In this document: positions 1 to 12,161 of the stretch, one piece after another
How positions within the stretch are numbered: the first letter of the stretch is position 1
Layout: the number at the start of each line of letters is the position of its first letter
Assembly (NCBI GenBank): GCA_965285935.1
Contig: OZ260663.1
Location: 76,074,001-76,138,000 of the forward strand
Direction of reading: 5' to 3'
DNA length: 64,000 nucleotides
Source: Ophelia neglecta
Taxonomy: Eukaryota
Position numbers and translations under genes: made by a program
The notes under the pieces: model-generated
The model's database searches: none
What the model saw: only the letters and a program-made list of their open reading frames with translations
What the model was told of the DNA's origin: nothing

Positions 1-383
1 TCATACCGCATTATTCGGGGCGAATTTGCAGTTTCTCAAGAGTCCAAAGCTTCCTCAAACTTAGTGTAAGTTTGGTAAAATACTCCAAGTCCTGAATGTG
101 AATGTGAATATGTACGAGTCTATTATCTGGACGGAAGATAATTTCTAATCTATAAGGGCAGAATCTTCTCCGTCTTGTACAATAATCGAATTTAATGATA
201 AAAGGGAGTAATTTGTTGTTCTGGCCTAATAGATTAGAGATTCTTATATCTAATTTTTCACTTTTGATGCTGTATTGTCGACTAGAGAATAGGTTTGACA
301 CTGATGTGTTTTATTTACCGCGAATACATAGAAATCATGCTGTACATACTTTTAAGAAAGGAAAAACGTACGTGTATAAATAT

Positions 384-589
384 GTGCACGTCCAATACGT
401 TATAAGGTTAATGGCGTGTTCAAGCATACCACAAATGAAGATCAGTTTATATGCACTTCATTTCTTTCATGCATTATTCTAGGTTACAATACACCAACAT
501 ACGCGCTTGCCAATCCAACAAAAAAACTAATGTTTATCTCATTTATCTATTGATCACGCCATTAGCCTAATAACGTATTGGACGTGCAC
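384..589. mobile_element. 206-bp MITE-like element with 40-bp terminal inverted repeats (copy 1)
   Basis: 384-423 gtgcacgtccaatacgttataaggttaatggcgtgttcaa is the reverse complement of 550-589 ttgatcacgccattagcctaataacgtattggacgtgcac with 3 mismatches; the interior is AT-rich. Confidence 0.7.
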
Positions 590-590
590 G

Positions 591-2200
591 TTTTCGAGAT
601 ATGGCCCGTATCTCGCTTAATAAAAGCGTTAGAGACTTGAATTTAGTTTTAAACTGATTCTTTTGGACCCTTCCTTCGTTTGGTCGGCAAAAATCTTATG
701 CGCTTGCGCAAAGTGCAAAATTTGAAATTTTGACTTGCACTGATTATTGGGCCGCTTTGGCAAAATCACTCGGCACGAGCTACAGGTCGCAATTCCTGCC
801 CGATCACCTTCCGATTATCACACAGTGTGTGTGGTTGTGGTCCACATAAGTGTGTAGTTTTTGGTTATTGTACCTACCGGAAGTCGCGAGTTATCTGGGA
901 AAATGCGTTTTTGAGGGTCCGGTAGGCGCCAAATCACGAGGAGGCGTCGCACAGGAAAATGGCCGGTGCCATTCTGTCAGGTACGAAAAAGACAAAATAA
1001 ACGTACAATAGATTTGAAAAAAACGCCGTTTGGCGCTCAGAAGCTTAGTTTTTGAGATATGGCCCAAAACTCGTTTCAACTCTCGTGGCCCATATCTCGC
1101 TTAATAATAGCGTTAGAGACTTGAATTTAGTTTTAAACTGATTCTTTTGGACCCTTCTTTCGTTTGGTCGGCAAAAATCCTATGCGCTTGCGCAATATGC
1201 AAAATTTGAAATTTTGATTTCCACTGATTATTGGGCCGCTTTGGCAAAATCACTCGACACGAGCTACAGGTCGCAATTCCTGCCCCATCACCTTCCGATT
1301 TAAACACAGTGTGTGTGGTTGGGGTCCACATAAGTGTGTAATTTTTGGTAATTGTACCTACCGGAAGTCTCGAATTATCTGGGAAAATGCGTTTTTGAGG
1401 GTCCGGTAGGCGCCAAATCACGAGGAGGCGTCGCCCAGGAAAATGGCCGGTGCCATTCTGTCAGATACGAAAAAGACAAAATAAACGTACAAAAGATTTG
1501 TACAAAACGCCGTTTGTCGCTCAAAAGCTTAGTTTTCGAGATATGGCCCAAAACTCGTTTCAACTCTCGTGGCCCATTTCTCGCTTAATAATAGCGTTAG
1601 AGACTTGAATTTAGTTTTAAACTGATTCTTTTGGACCCTTCTTTCGTTTGGTCGGCAAAAATCCTATGCGCTTGCGCAAATTGCAAAATTTGAAATTTTG
1701 ACTTCACCTGATTATTGGGCCGCTTTGGCAAAATCACTCGGCACGAGCTACAGGTCGCAATTCCTGCCCGATCACCTTCCGATTTTCACACAGTGTGTGT
1801 GGTTGGGGTCCACATAAGTGTGTAGTTTTTGGTGATTGTACCTACCGGAAGTCGCGAGTTATCTGGGAAAATGCGTTTTTGAGAGTCCGGTTGGCGCCAA
1901 ATCACGAGGAGGCGTCGCACAGGAAAATGGCCGGTGCCATTCTGTCAGGTACGAAAAAGACAAAATAAACGTACAAAAGATTTGTACAAAACGCAGTTTG
2001 GCGCTCAGAAGCTTAGTTTTCGCGATATGGCCCAAATCTCGTTTCAACTCTCGGGGCCCATAGCTCGCTTAATAATACAGTTAGAGACATGAATTTTTTG
2101 TGAACTAATTCTGTTGGATCCTCCTTTCGTGTGGTCGGCAAAAATCCTATGCGCATGCGCAAAGTGCGAAATTGGAAATTTCAACTTTCACTGCTTCGGC
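591..2200. repeat. 484-bp tandem satellite, ~3.3 copies
   Basis: Near-identical ORF translations recur at 891/1375/1859 and 1352/1836 (period 484); the last partial copy is more diverged. Confidence 0.95.
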
Positions 2201-2797
2201 AAAAGCATATCAAGCGATCGAGAGAATAGAAACCCGGTGGTCCCATAGATCAAAGGGTCCATGAAGATAGGTGATGTAAGATAGATAAGATTAATCATGT
2301 TAAGTTACCATGTATCATACCGCACCCGTCCATATCATAGCACATCCATATCTTTCAGTAAAGTGTTACACACAAAACAATACGAGTGACAGATGAAAAT
2401 ATAAATAACATCCATCATACCGCATTATTCGGGGCGAATTTGCAGTTTCTCAAGAGTCCAAAGCTTCCTCAAACTTAGTGTAAGTTTGGTAAAATACTCC
2501 AAGTCCTGAATGTGAATGTGAATATGTACGAGTCTATTATCTGGACGGAAGATAATTTCTAATCTATAAGGGCAGAATCTTCTCCGTCTTGTACAATAAT
2601 CGAATTTAATGATAAAAGGGAGTAATTTGTTGTTCTGGCCTAATAGATTAGAGATTCTTATATCTAATTTTTCACTTTTGATGCTGTATTGTCGACTAGA
2701 GAATAGGTTTGACACTGATGTGTTTTATTTACCGCGAATACATAGAAATCATGCTGTACATACTTTTAAGAAAGGAAAAACGTACGTGTATAAATAT

Positions 2798-3003
2798 GTG
2801 CACGTCCAATACGTTATAAGGTTAATGGCGTGTTCAAGCATACCACAAATGAAGATCAGTTTATATGCACTTCATTTCTTTCATGCATTATTCTAGGTTA
2901 CAATACACCAACATACGCGCTTGCCAATCCAACAAAAAAACTAATGTTTATCTCATTTATCTATTGATCACGCCATTAGCCTAATAACGTATTGGACGTG
3001 CAC
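2798..3003. mobile_element. 206-bp MITE-like inverted-repeat element (copy 2)
   Basis: Identical to 384-589, offset by 2414. Confidence 0.7.
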
Positions 3004-3004
3004 G

Positions 3005-3914
3005 TTTTCGAGATATGGCCCGTATCTCGCTTAATAAAAGCGTTAGAGACTTGAATTTAGTTTTAAACTGATTCTTTTGGACCCTTCCTTCGTTTGGTCG
3101 GCAAAAATCTTATGCGCTTGCGCAAAGTGCAAAATTTGAAATTTTGACTTGCACTGATTATTGGGCCGCTTTGGCAAAATCACTCGGCACGAGCTACAGG
3201 TCGCAATTCCTGCCCGATCACCTTCCGATTTTCACACAGTGTGTGTGGTTGGGGTCCACATAAGTGTGTAGTTCATTGTGATTGTACCTACTGGAAGTCG
3301 CGAGTGATCTGGGAAATTGCGTTTTTGAGGGTCCGGTAGGCGCCAAATCACGAGGAGGCGTCGCAAAGGAAAATGGCCGGTGCCATTCTGTCAGGTACGA
3401 GAAAGACAAAAAAAAACGTACAAAAGATTTGTACAAAACGCCGTTTGGCGCTCTGAAGCTTAGTTTCCGTGATGTTGCCCAAAACTCGTTTCAACTCTCG
3501 TGGCCCATATCTCGCTTAATAATAGCGTTAGAGACTTGAATTTAGTTTTAAACTGATTCTTTTGGACCATTCTTTCGTTTGGTCGGCAAAAATCCTATGC
3601 GTATGCGCAAAGTGCAAAATTTGAAATTTTGACTTCCACTGATTATTGGCCGCTTTGGCAAAATACTCGGCACGAGCTACAGGTCTCAATTCCTGCCCGA
3701 TCACCTTCCGATTTTCACACAGTGTGTGTGGTTGGGGTCCACATAAGTGTGTAGTTTTTGGTGATTGTAGCTACCGGAAGTCGCGAGTTATCTGGGAAAA
3801 TGCGTTTTTGAGGGTCCGGTAGGCGCCAAATCACGAGGAGGCGTCGCAAAGGAAAATGGCCGGTGCCATTCTGTCAGGTATGAAAAAAACAAAAAAAAAC
3901 GTACAAAAGATTTG
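3005..3914. repeat. 484-bp tandem satellite, ~1.9 copies
   Basis: Same unit as 591-2200; it breaks off abruptly after gtacaaaagatttg at ~3914. Confidence 0.95.
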
Positions 3915-4713
3915 CTCGAAATTTCAGTTGCCAATTCAGGTTTCCGCTTGTTTCCGCTATAACCTAGTAATTATGTGCATTGAAATGCTTCGGATACATG
4001 AAAGATGACCTAATGATGATGTTGGGGTTGTTTTCAAATGAATTAAATATAGTTTTATGTGTTTAAAACCATACTTCCTGTGTTTCACTCTTTTGGCTGT
4101 TAGACATAGGTCGAAGTAGTATACTGATAAAAAATGTTAGCGTTTGATAGAAAAATTGATTTTAATACTGTTTTGTGTGATTATATGATGATTATACGCT
4201 TAAGCGAGTCATGACAGATCCAGCTGCCAGTTCAAAATCTCAGCTGCCAATTCGGGTTTCCGCTTGCTTCAGCTATAACAAAGTAATGTGGTGCGTTGAA
4301 ATTCATCAGATTCATGAATGAAGACCTAAAGATAATGTTGGGATTGTTTTCAAATGAAATAATTATAGTTTTATGTTTTTAAAACAATACTTCTTGTGTT
4401 TCACTCTTTCGGCTGTTTGACATAGGTCGAAGTAGTATACTCTAAAAAATGATACTTTTAAGACTGTTTTGTTAGATTATATGATGATTATACGCTTAAG
4501 CGAGTCATGGCAGACCCAGCTGCCAGTTCGAAATCTCAGCTGCCAATTCGGGTTTCCGTTAGTTTCCGCTATAACCAAGTAATGTTATGCTGTTTGACAT
4601 AGGTCGAAGTAGTATACTCATAAAAAATGATACCGATTGATAGAAAAATTGATTTTAAGACTGTTTTGTGTGATTATATGATGATTATTTTCCTAAGCAA
4701 GTCGTGGCAGACC
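3915..4713. repeat. Second tandem repeat, ~300-316-bp unit, 3 copies (the third with an internal deletion)
   Basis: tc(g/a)aaat(t/c)tcag(t/c)tgccaattc recurs at 3916, 4232 and 4528; gacataggtcgaagtagtatact occurs three times. Confidence 0.9.
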
Positions 4714-4964
4714 AATTACATCTTATATTGTGCCTAAAAGACATGTTTATTGACTTTACAGGGGCGGATCGAGGCTGATGAAAAGTTGCCCCCCTCACAT
4801 TGATTTTCCTTCCTAATTCTCAATATATTGGCCTTCACCAGATTGACAAGTCATAATATAAGAAATATTTTCGGTGGGACATGAGTTAGACCCTCTTATC
4901 AAAAGTAAAGCTTATCCGATCTCGATCCTCACCGACGTGTACAGTAAGGCAACATTTGGCTTTA

Positions 4965-5123
4965 CAGTGAAACCTGTGAATTAAGACCACCAAAGGATCT
5001 GAAAATTTCCTAGTCTGATATTGGTTATTTAACATAGAAGGCATACAGCATGAGCCTCATATTAGTGATCTGAATCGCCTTGTGGTCTGATTAGAGAGAT
5101 GGTATTTAAGGCAGATTTCACTG
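4965..5123. mobile_element. Tc1/mariner-type MITE
   Basis: Starts ta|cagtgaaacctg..ttaagaccacc and ends ggtatttaaggcagatttcactg (11/12 terminal match). It has CAGT termini and a TA on the left; the right-hand TSD is degenerate. Confidence 0.6.
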
Positions 5124-7343
5124 AAATTGTTTGGGGAACGAAATTTATGAGAGATAAGCCTAGTGCACGGCAAGGGTCCGTTCAACAACGTCCCTCAGCT
5201 AGAGGGCCTTCCTTATAACAAATAAACTTGTCTTCCTCAACATGTTTTTGATTAACTGAAATTTATATCACAAAGACGTTAATCTATAGGATTTCTTGAC
5301 ACATCAGAAATGCGCATGAAAACAGGTATAAATTTTGTACACCCATTGTAATTTCAGCGCTAATCAACCGCCAATTAATGGGCTATTAATTAGTGGGCTG
5401 ATTTTCTTTTATCACTTTTCTTTTGTATGGCATGTGATCGTAAACACTGATTATCACCGATCAATATTTCAAATTCATATTTCATATTCAAACCATGTTT
5501 TTTTCAAATATTTCCGCTGCAAATCCATTTCTATCTAATAAATGATGCCGCTATGACCTATAAGGATCATTTGTTACATTTGATGAGTTAATATAAAAAA
5601 AATCCATTGCCGTTTTTAACAAAATTATCCATTTATTTGCTCTTTTTAGTGCATTTTGACACAATGTAATTGAGTGGCTTTTTTCTCTCCTCTTCCTATG
5701 CCAGTCAGACAGATCTGTGTGGAATGCAAGGCTTGGGAATGAAGCAGAGCATTTAAATGTGTTGCATGACGAATGGGAAATGATTTGCAATGCAGTGGTT
5801 GAAAATAGCTTCGAGGTGCTGACTGCGCAACGGGAAGGTTCCGTTAGTTATGTGGAAATATATGTAAGCAGTGATGTGTGACTATCGTGGGGTCACGGGG
5901 TCGGAACTAGGTGGGGACTCAGGCAGGGAACCCCCCGGTGTCTTTTTTAACTTCTTGCTCCTAGGCCTAGGTTTAGGTGTCCCCCTGGGCTAACCTCCCA
6001 GGTGAGACCTGTGGTATTTTGAATGGACTGGGAACTATTTTTATTCTTTATATGCAATGACCATATAAAAGTTGGCACATTTTTTTCCAGGAATAGCCTG
6101 GACTAGAACACATACAACATGTTTTTCTGGTTCGAATGGGGGGCATTTTCCTTTTGCTCTAACCAAGAAAGCGCTCATCAATGGTAAATGTAAAAATGTA
6201 TTGCATGTTTTATCTCAGTTTGCACAACAGAGCTGCATGAACACATCAGATTATACTGTCGGACATCCATCCATTCATATACTCTCAATTGCTTCTTTCT
6301 AATCTTTCTAAAATCTGGTCTCTTCACAACTTTATCCTTGTACAAACCTACATTATTTGTCTCAATGTCTGAGATGTAAATAAAATAAGTCACCGAGACT
6401 TGTATTATGTTATAAAGCCCTGGCCAGGGCGTCAGCACTTCAAAAATCTTCTCTTCAGAATAGTCTAATATTGCACCGGGTGGACCGTATGACAACAATG
6501 TAACTGAGTTGTGTAAAGCTAAGCGATTTCACCTCATGTATTGTAATGACAACGTTAACACATCTCAGCAAATCTGTAATGCCCTCTGGTGTCTGAACGG
6601 TGCAAGATAAGCGGGTGTATTAATTGAACACTCAATCTAGCTCGAAACATTAATAAGAAGTCACCCAGTGATGACATTGTATTTGACATCGAGTTTCATT
6701 TTCTAGGTCAATCAAGACTATTGGTATTTTACAGCGCGTCTTGATATTCAACAGTGCAAGATGTACGTGTGTCCGATTCATTGTTCACTAATGGAAATAC
6801 TTATAAAAGTATGTATGTGATGTTATTTTAGTTTTACCATAACCTCCTTTATAAAGATCAAATTTTGATAATGGTGAATGATAAATCCTACAAATGTATT
6901 GACCACTTATAAGAATTTATATGGAAGGAACCTCATGATGACCGTGGTCTCACGTTCTAGGTTAATTTACGACCAATATATATCTAATACATCGACTTCC
7001 AATCGGAAGTCACATACATATACAAGGAGCAGAGTCTTAACTTTTTTCCGGACTATGCGCTTTACAGGGGCAATAATTCATTATTTGATCAATTTATCGT
7101 ATTGCCCGGCAGGCACCTTCATTTAATGCGTGCTACGACGAAAAACATTAACGGGCAACCATTCTGAAGTTTCAGTGCCAAATATTACCTCGGATACACT
7201 CACCCGACATCCTATCTTGCAGCCAGAGGCTTTCTGTTAATCTTGCTATGCCAATTTAGTCTGATTGTCGATATTCAGTCAATCAAGACGAAATATTTTT
7301 GCGGGATGCGCTTGGTTCTCGCCGTTTTCGGCCTGCTATGCCG

Positions 7344-7494
7344 NNNNNNNNNNNNNNNNNNNNNNNNNNNNNNNNNNNNNNNNNNNNNNNNNNNNNNNNN
7401 NNNNNNNNNNNNNNNNNNNNNNNNNNNNNNNNNNNNNNNNNNNNNNNNNNNNNNNNNNNNNNNNNNNNNNNNNNNNNNNNNNNNNNNNNNNNNN
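7344..7494. other. Assembly gap (151 N)
   Basis: Run of N. Confidence 1.
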
Positions 7495-7670
7495 TCGATG
7501 GATCGATGGATCGACGGATCGATGGATGGAAGAATCGATGGATCGATGGATGGAAGGATCGATGGATGGATCGATGGATCGATGGATCACTTGACCGATT
7601 GGTCGATCGAGATTTGATTTGATTGATTTGATTAGATTGATTGATTGGTTGAGTGGTTTGTTCATTCATT
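7495..7670. repeat. Compound microsatellite (TCGATGGA/GATG)n, then (GATT)n and (TTCA)n
   Basis: Directly visible; it abuts the gap. Confidence 0.95.
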
Positions 7671-9300
7671 TATTCATCACATTCATCACATCTTGACAAG
7701 AAAATTCAAAATCTGATGATTTACCACTATGTATTGGTTTATATTCGTTCTTTTTAGACAGAGTTTTAATTGGGAAATCTTAGTTGAAGGTTAAACGCTA
7801 ACTGGCAAATTGTTCTATAGTATGTCATCATTGTAGAAAAAGCTATACAACTCAAAAGCGCCAACCCCGGGTAATTTATATGCACACTGCGCCTAGTGAG
7901 GTGAAAATGATTAAACTTACAGTGGTGTCACAAGTATTCAAGATCTTCGCCAGAAATGCACATAAACAACCTTACTTTGGACATTCAACCGGTTCAATTT
8001 ACTAACATGGTTATTAACGATGTGCTGGCTCCGCTGAGGGTCCCCAATAAAGAGGATTGTGTTATTCTGAGTCGTTAGTGACATGACTTTGCACTTTAAA
8101 TTAGTCCAAATAAAGCAACAGCAGGATGAATAAACAAAACGGGGCTGTATCAGAGCACTACAGAAAATGTTCTTGGAGTTTGGGGTCAAAAACTTTTTTT
8201 TCTGCGTAAAAAGTAACCTCTACTCATATTGGCACAGTTTCGCCGGACATGTTCCTCTCATATGATAATCCAACATGGCACCAGGAGGTATACATTTACC
8301 TTTATACATAATATTTGACTGTGCACATGTTTACAATTTCCTTTTAGAGCCAAACAGGATGATCTCGGTTTTACCAATTAGTAGAGACAATTTGTTTAAC
8401 AATAGACATTGAATTAGTGCCACGAGTTCAGCACAGAGTTTTGGTTCTATTACAAAATATCTTTCCCAGATACCATCAGCGCTGAGTCGTCAGCATACAA
8501 GAACAGTTTATGTTAAACCGACCCTGGGTTGTCATTGACATCAATTAAAAATAAAAGGCAAACAAGAACGGACCCTGTGGCACACCACAAGCTATTGGAA
8601 TGTCTTTGGGAAACGTTCCATTTAAAAATTATCCTCGAAGACAATCTTTTGAATAGGAAGATAACCCTGTGATACATCATCCCGACCGACATCACCCAAT
8701 TTACCAAACAGGATTTCATGGTTTACAGTGTCAAATGCCTTTTGCAAATCTATGAACAGCATTCCCTTGTCCTTATGCAAGTTAATCATATCTAGTAAAC
8801 CTATCAAAATAGTTTCATTAGAAAGCTACATCTAAAACCTGACCGATTTTGATACAAACATTTGACCCGATTCGAGCAAGGTTTGTTTATCCACTTGATT
8901 ATAGATTACATGTGCAGGAATCTTAGACAAAATAGGCAGTCTATAATAACCCGTGTCACAAGACTCAACCTTCATATATATTATAAAGGGGAATGCTTTT
9001 AGCCTTTTTGTAGTTTACATGCATATTACAGGTCTTAACTGACAAATTTAGAATAAAAGTGATCAGTTACTAAATCTGAAGCAGCTTTAAAAAGCCTAGA
9101 AGGAATATCATCAAGACCTGTTTCCTTCTTAACATTCATACTCTCTAACAGATCACTTGCGGTTCCAAAATCAGCCTTTTGCAAAGAGAACCTGTTTTTA
9201 TGTTAACTCTTTAACACAAAACACTCATTAACATCAAATTCAAATTGCCAGGTTTCTTAGTTGCTGAAAACATTGAAAGTCCTTCTGCTTACCACATTTC
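7610..9300 (-). mobile_element. Decayed, 5'-truncated CR1/L2-group LINE (RT domain through to the 3' tail)
   Basis: Minus-strand motifs occur in the expected order: TGLDDIPSRLFK (~9090-9125), FIDLQKAFDTVNHEILFGKL (~8700-8760), G(V)PQGSVL..LLFLIDVND (~8535-8585), LFLYADDSA (~8480-8510), GKTEIILFGSK (~8345-8375), CSALIQP.F.YS and SFFY..*NNLP (~7800-7845). AATAAA (7669-7674) and an (AATC)n tail follow. Many stops and frameshifts. Confidence 0.9.
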
Positions 9301-9783
9301 CTCAATTCAACTCATGTTCTATAGCTAGTCATTATTACATCGCGTACCTCACTGTCAAACCAAACCATACCATGATTGGAATTGAGATCTGCTGCCGCCA
9401 CTGTTAGGCCCCTACTTGATAAGAATTGAACAATTGACTGCTACCTAGTATATCGATCAAAGTACTTGAACAGAACAAATGTACTATAGTGACCAATCAA
9501 AGGAAGTCATATGCAATGGATCCAGTACTGGTGATCTTGAATGCCTCGTTGTTCTGATTTTAAAGGTCAAGTTTATGTTATTGAGAAAGCCGGGTGCTTA
9601 TATTGAATATCAATAATGACATTTTTAATTCTTAGGGGATCATTCATTTTATTCAATCCAATAATTTAAAGCAAGCCCCCCCCCCCTCCCCCTCCCTCCC
9701 GCTTGGTAATTAGTGAAAGGGCTTTAACCAACAAGTCAGTCGCCTTGTTAGAGCTAGAGGGCTTCCGTTCAGGGCCCTCCGCT

Positions 9784-10082
9784 GAGAGGGTCACCCATCC
9801 CAAGTCCTCCAGGGAGAAGGCGCACACAACCCCCGTCCTCCTGTGAGAAGGGCACCCATCCCAAGGCCTCCTGGAAAAAAGGGCACCCAAACCTTGTCCC
9901 CCACTGAGAGGGGCACCCATCCCACGTCCTCCAGGGAAAAGGGGCACTCGTCCGGCGCACTACAAGGAAAAGGGGCTTCTATCCCACGTCATCCATGGAA
10001 AAGGGGCACCCATCCCACGCCCTCCAGTGAGAAGGGGCACCTATCCCACGTCCTTCAGGGGGAAGGGGCACTCATTCCAAGA
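9784..10082. repeat. GC-rich minisatellite, ~30-31-bp unit, ~10 diverged copies
   Basis: Consensus aaggggcacccatcccacgtcctccagggaa repeated in tandem. Confidence 0.9.
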
Positions 10083-11344
10083 ACTCGAGTGAGAACCCTA
10101 AGTTTTCCAAGGAAAAAACAGCATCTTATCCCACCCGCTCCACGTGATACCTCACCTCTTGCTTTATATGTCTAAAACCAAACCCGCCCCACTGCTAGGC
10201 TTGGCGACTAATAGAGACAGTCATCGACCAGTCTGACAAGCCGCCGACAGAAGGATTAATCCAGCGGCCGTATCTAAGTTTGCTAGAACAAATGCTGACC
10301 CCAAGACCAGCTTAATATTAAATTCTGGATCTCTGACTCTACGGTTCTAAATATTGTTCCTATTAAATCTGTTTTGGCTGGGATGCTCTGAGAATATCTT
10401 CGTTAGTCTTAGGCCTAATGTTCAGAGCATCCAGGTGACTCGAACCCAAATAACTAGTTGTGTTAACTAGTATACTTAGGGATCTGAACTATAATTATTT
10501 ATCATATAAGACATAGGAAATGATTTTCCAATACATAGGGAACTTATATCAATTATAATGCCATGTTACCAGAACTGCTCCTTATTTGACAGCAATTGCA
10601 CTTTGTAAGTCAACATTTGTTATGTGTTCGAGGAAAGTGAATTCCCAAGGGTTCACTGTAGAAATGTTCATGGTGTGTCAATTAATACATTGATTGAAAT
10701 TTTAATGGGTCAATTTTGAACATTATTTTTCATGTTATTTTAGCTACAATAGAGTTTGGGGTCAATATGGCGAATCGTATTCATCGTCTGTTTAGACTTT
10801 AAAAGAATGATGGAAAACAACTAAATGTATGGTCCATTTTCTTTGCTCTTATCGAAAGCTGAACCCTTCTATATCTGTCGTCAATTTCGGATCGCGTGGT
10901 AACTTTTGACCTATTTAGCTGCTGCCTTGTAGCGTATTAGATGGCGCTTCTGTTGTTATTGGTAACCACCCGTTACGAATAAAGATTAGTGGATTCTGGT
11001 AAAGAACGCCGCAGCCTCGGCAGTTTAACAAACATAAACAAAGCTCAGCTGCTGCAGTTCACTAGCCACGACTTCCAGACAATCTCACCACCTTGCTCGA
11101 AATATTAGCTTGTCAAACGGCCTGGCTTCGAAGACATAAATTATCATGTTTTAACTAGTTAAAGGTCCTCACCAATAAACATTATTTCTAAAACCAAGTT
11201 ACGTTTGATATACCACGGACCTTTACGGATGTAATCTAATCAGGTCTGATAGTCTAGCTGCGTATCTCTGGAGTCTTTGACTCAATCAGGACCTAGGCAT
11301 CTGCAGCCATCCCCAAAGGACTTTATCTCCCATTGTAACAGACT

Positions 11345-11750
11345 GTGCTGTGTTTCCCCGAGATCTCCAAAAATAGTTTTGATGAAACATCAATGCGAAC
11401 AGATAACAGACTTACAGGGTCTATAAAATCGGGCGCTGTCAGTGTTTTTTGCACGATTTCAAAAAGGAAGACTATTTTCTTCGAAGTTACTGCCACTAGT
11501 GAATTGTCTGTAATAGATATCGAGGCTTGGAGCGTGTCTTCGCACGTTCATGGAATACCAGAGGAAGTGAGTGATGTACAAATAGGGAGGGTAAGCAGTT
11601 TGTTTGGAGTGAAGAACCTTTCCCTCAAGACAATTCGCTATATAAATAATGGCGCATTTGGCGCGACAGCACGAGGTGTGACCGCATTAAACTAGAAAGG
11701 AGGTGAACTATCCTAGAATGTTGCAATATTCGTAATACTTGACAGAATTA
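11345..11750 (+). pseudogene. Possible remnant of a non-LTR retrotransposon ORF1 (L1/Tx1-like)
   Basis: VHGIPEEVSDVQIGRVSSLFGV...NGAFGATARGVTALN*...ELS*NVAIF resembles the pre-zinc-knuckle region of Tx1-type ORF1 proteins. This is pattern resemblance only; no CCHC knuckle is visible. Confidence 0.25.
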
Positions 11751-12107
11751 GCCTGCCTAGCCATGGATGGTTCAAATCAATGGAGGGACACAACTTCCCA
11801 TCCCCTGTATTGAAATACAATAGTTATAGTCTTTGTTCATATATACTTATAACCAGACACTAGAAGGCCCATATATAAGTATGGAAATTGGCCCCGGGAC
11901 CAGCCCCAGAGAGGTAGTCCAAACTATTGGTCCAGCCAGGGAGCAGGGAGGCCTGTTAGCTGTCTGTATTTTTGAACCTGGAAATATATCTCCTGAGTAG
12001 GAATTGATGATGTGAGCTCGGAAACATTTGGTATATTTTGAAGCCATAAGACACGCCTTGGACTCTTGGACAAATATTGGAACGGATGCACCGGTCTATA
12101 CGAATAC

Positions 12108-12161
12108 CTGTGGGGTCGTGCATAAGAGATAGTGCCCTATCTCTTATGCACGACCCCACAG
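12108..12161. repeat. 54-bp near-perfect palindrome (25-bp perfect arms)
   Basis: ctgtggggtcgtgcataagagatag-tgcc-ctatctcttatgcacgaccccacag. Confidence 0.97.

Larger units (their letters stand above)
1..3230. repeat. 2,414-bp-period tandem duplication (1-816 repeated at 2415-3230)
   Basis: The window start tcataccgcattattcggggcg recurs at 2415, and ORF-track proteins 11..301/2425..2715 and 195..482/2609..2896 are identical. The first difference I see is at 817 (a) vs 3231 (t). Confidence 0.95.

Noticed and set aside
11-3539. ORFs in the duplicated block and the 484-bp satellite
   Set aside because: They recur with the repeat period, mostly lack ATG starts and show no domain features.
5540-6620. 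Minus-strand ORFs 5551-5790 and 6178-6498 as a possible decayed transposon gene
   Set aside because: No motif could be identified with confidence.
7243-7669. ORFs spanning the N gap
   Set aside because: Artefacts of Ns and microsatellite translation.
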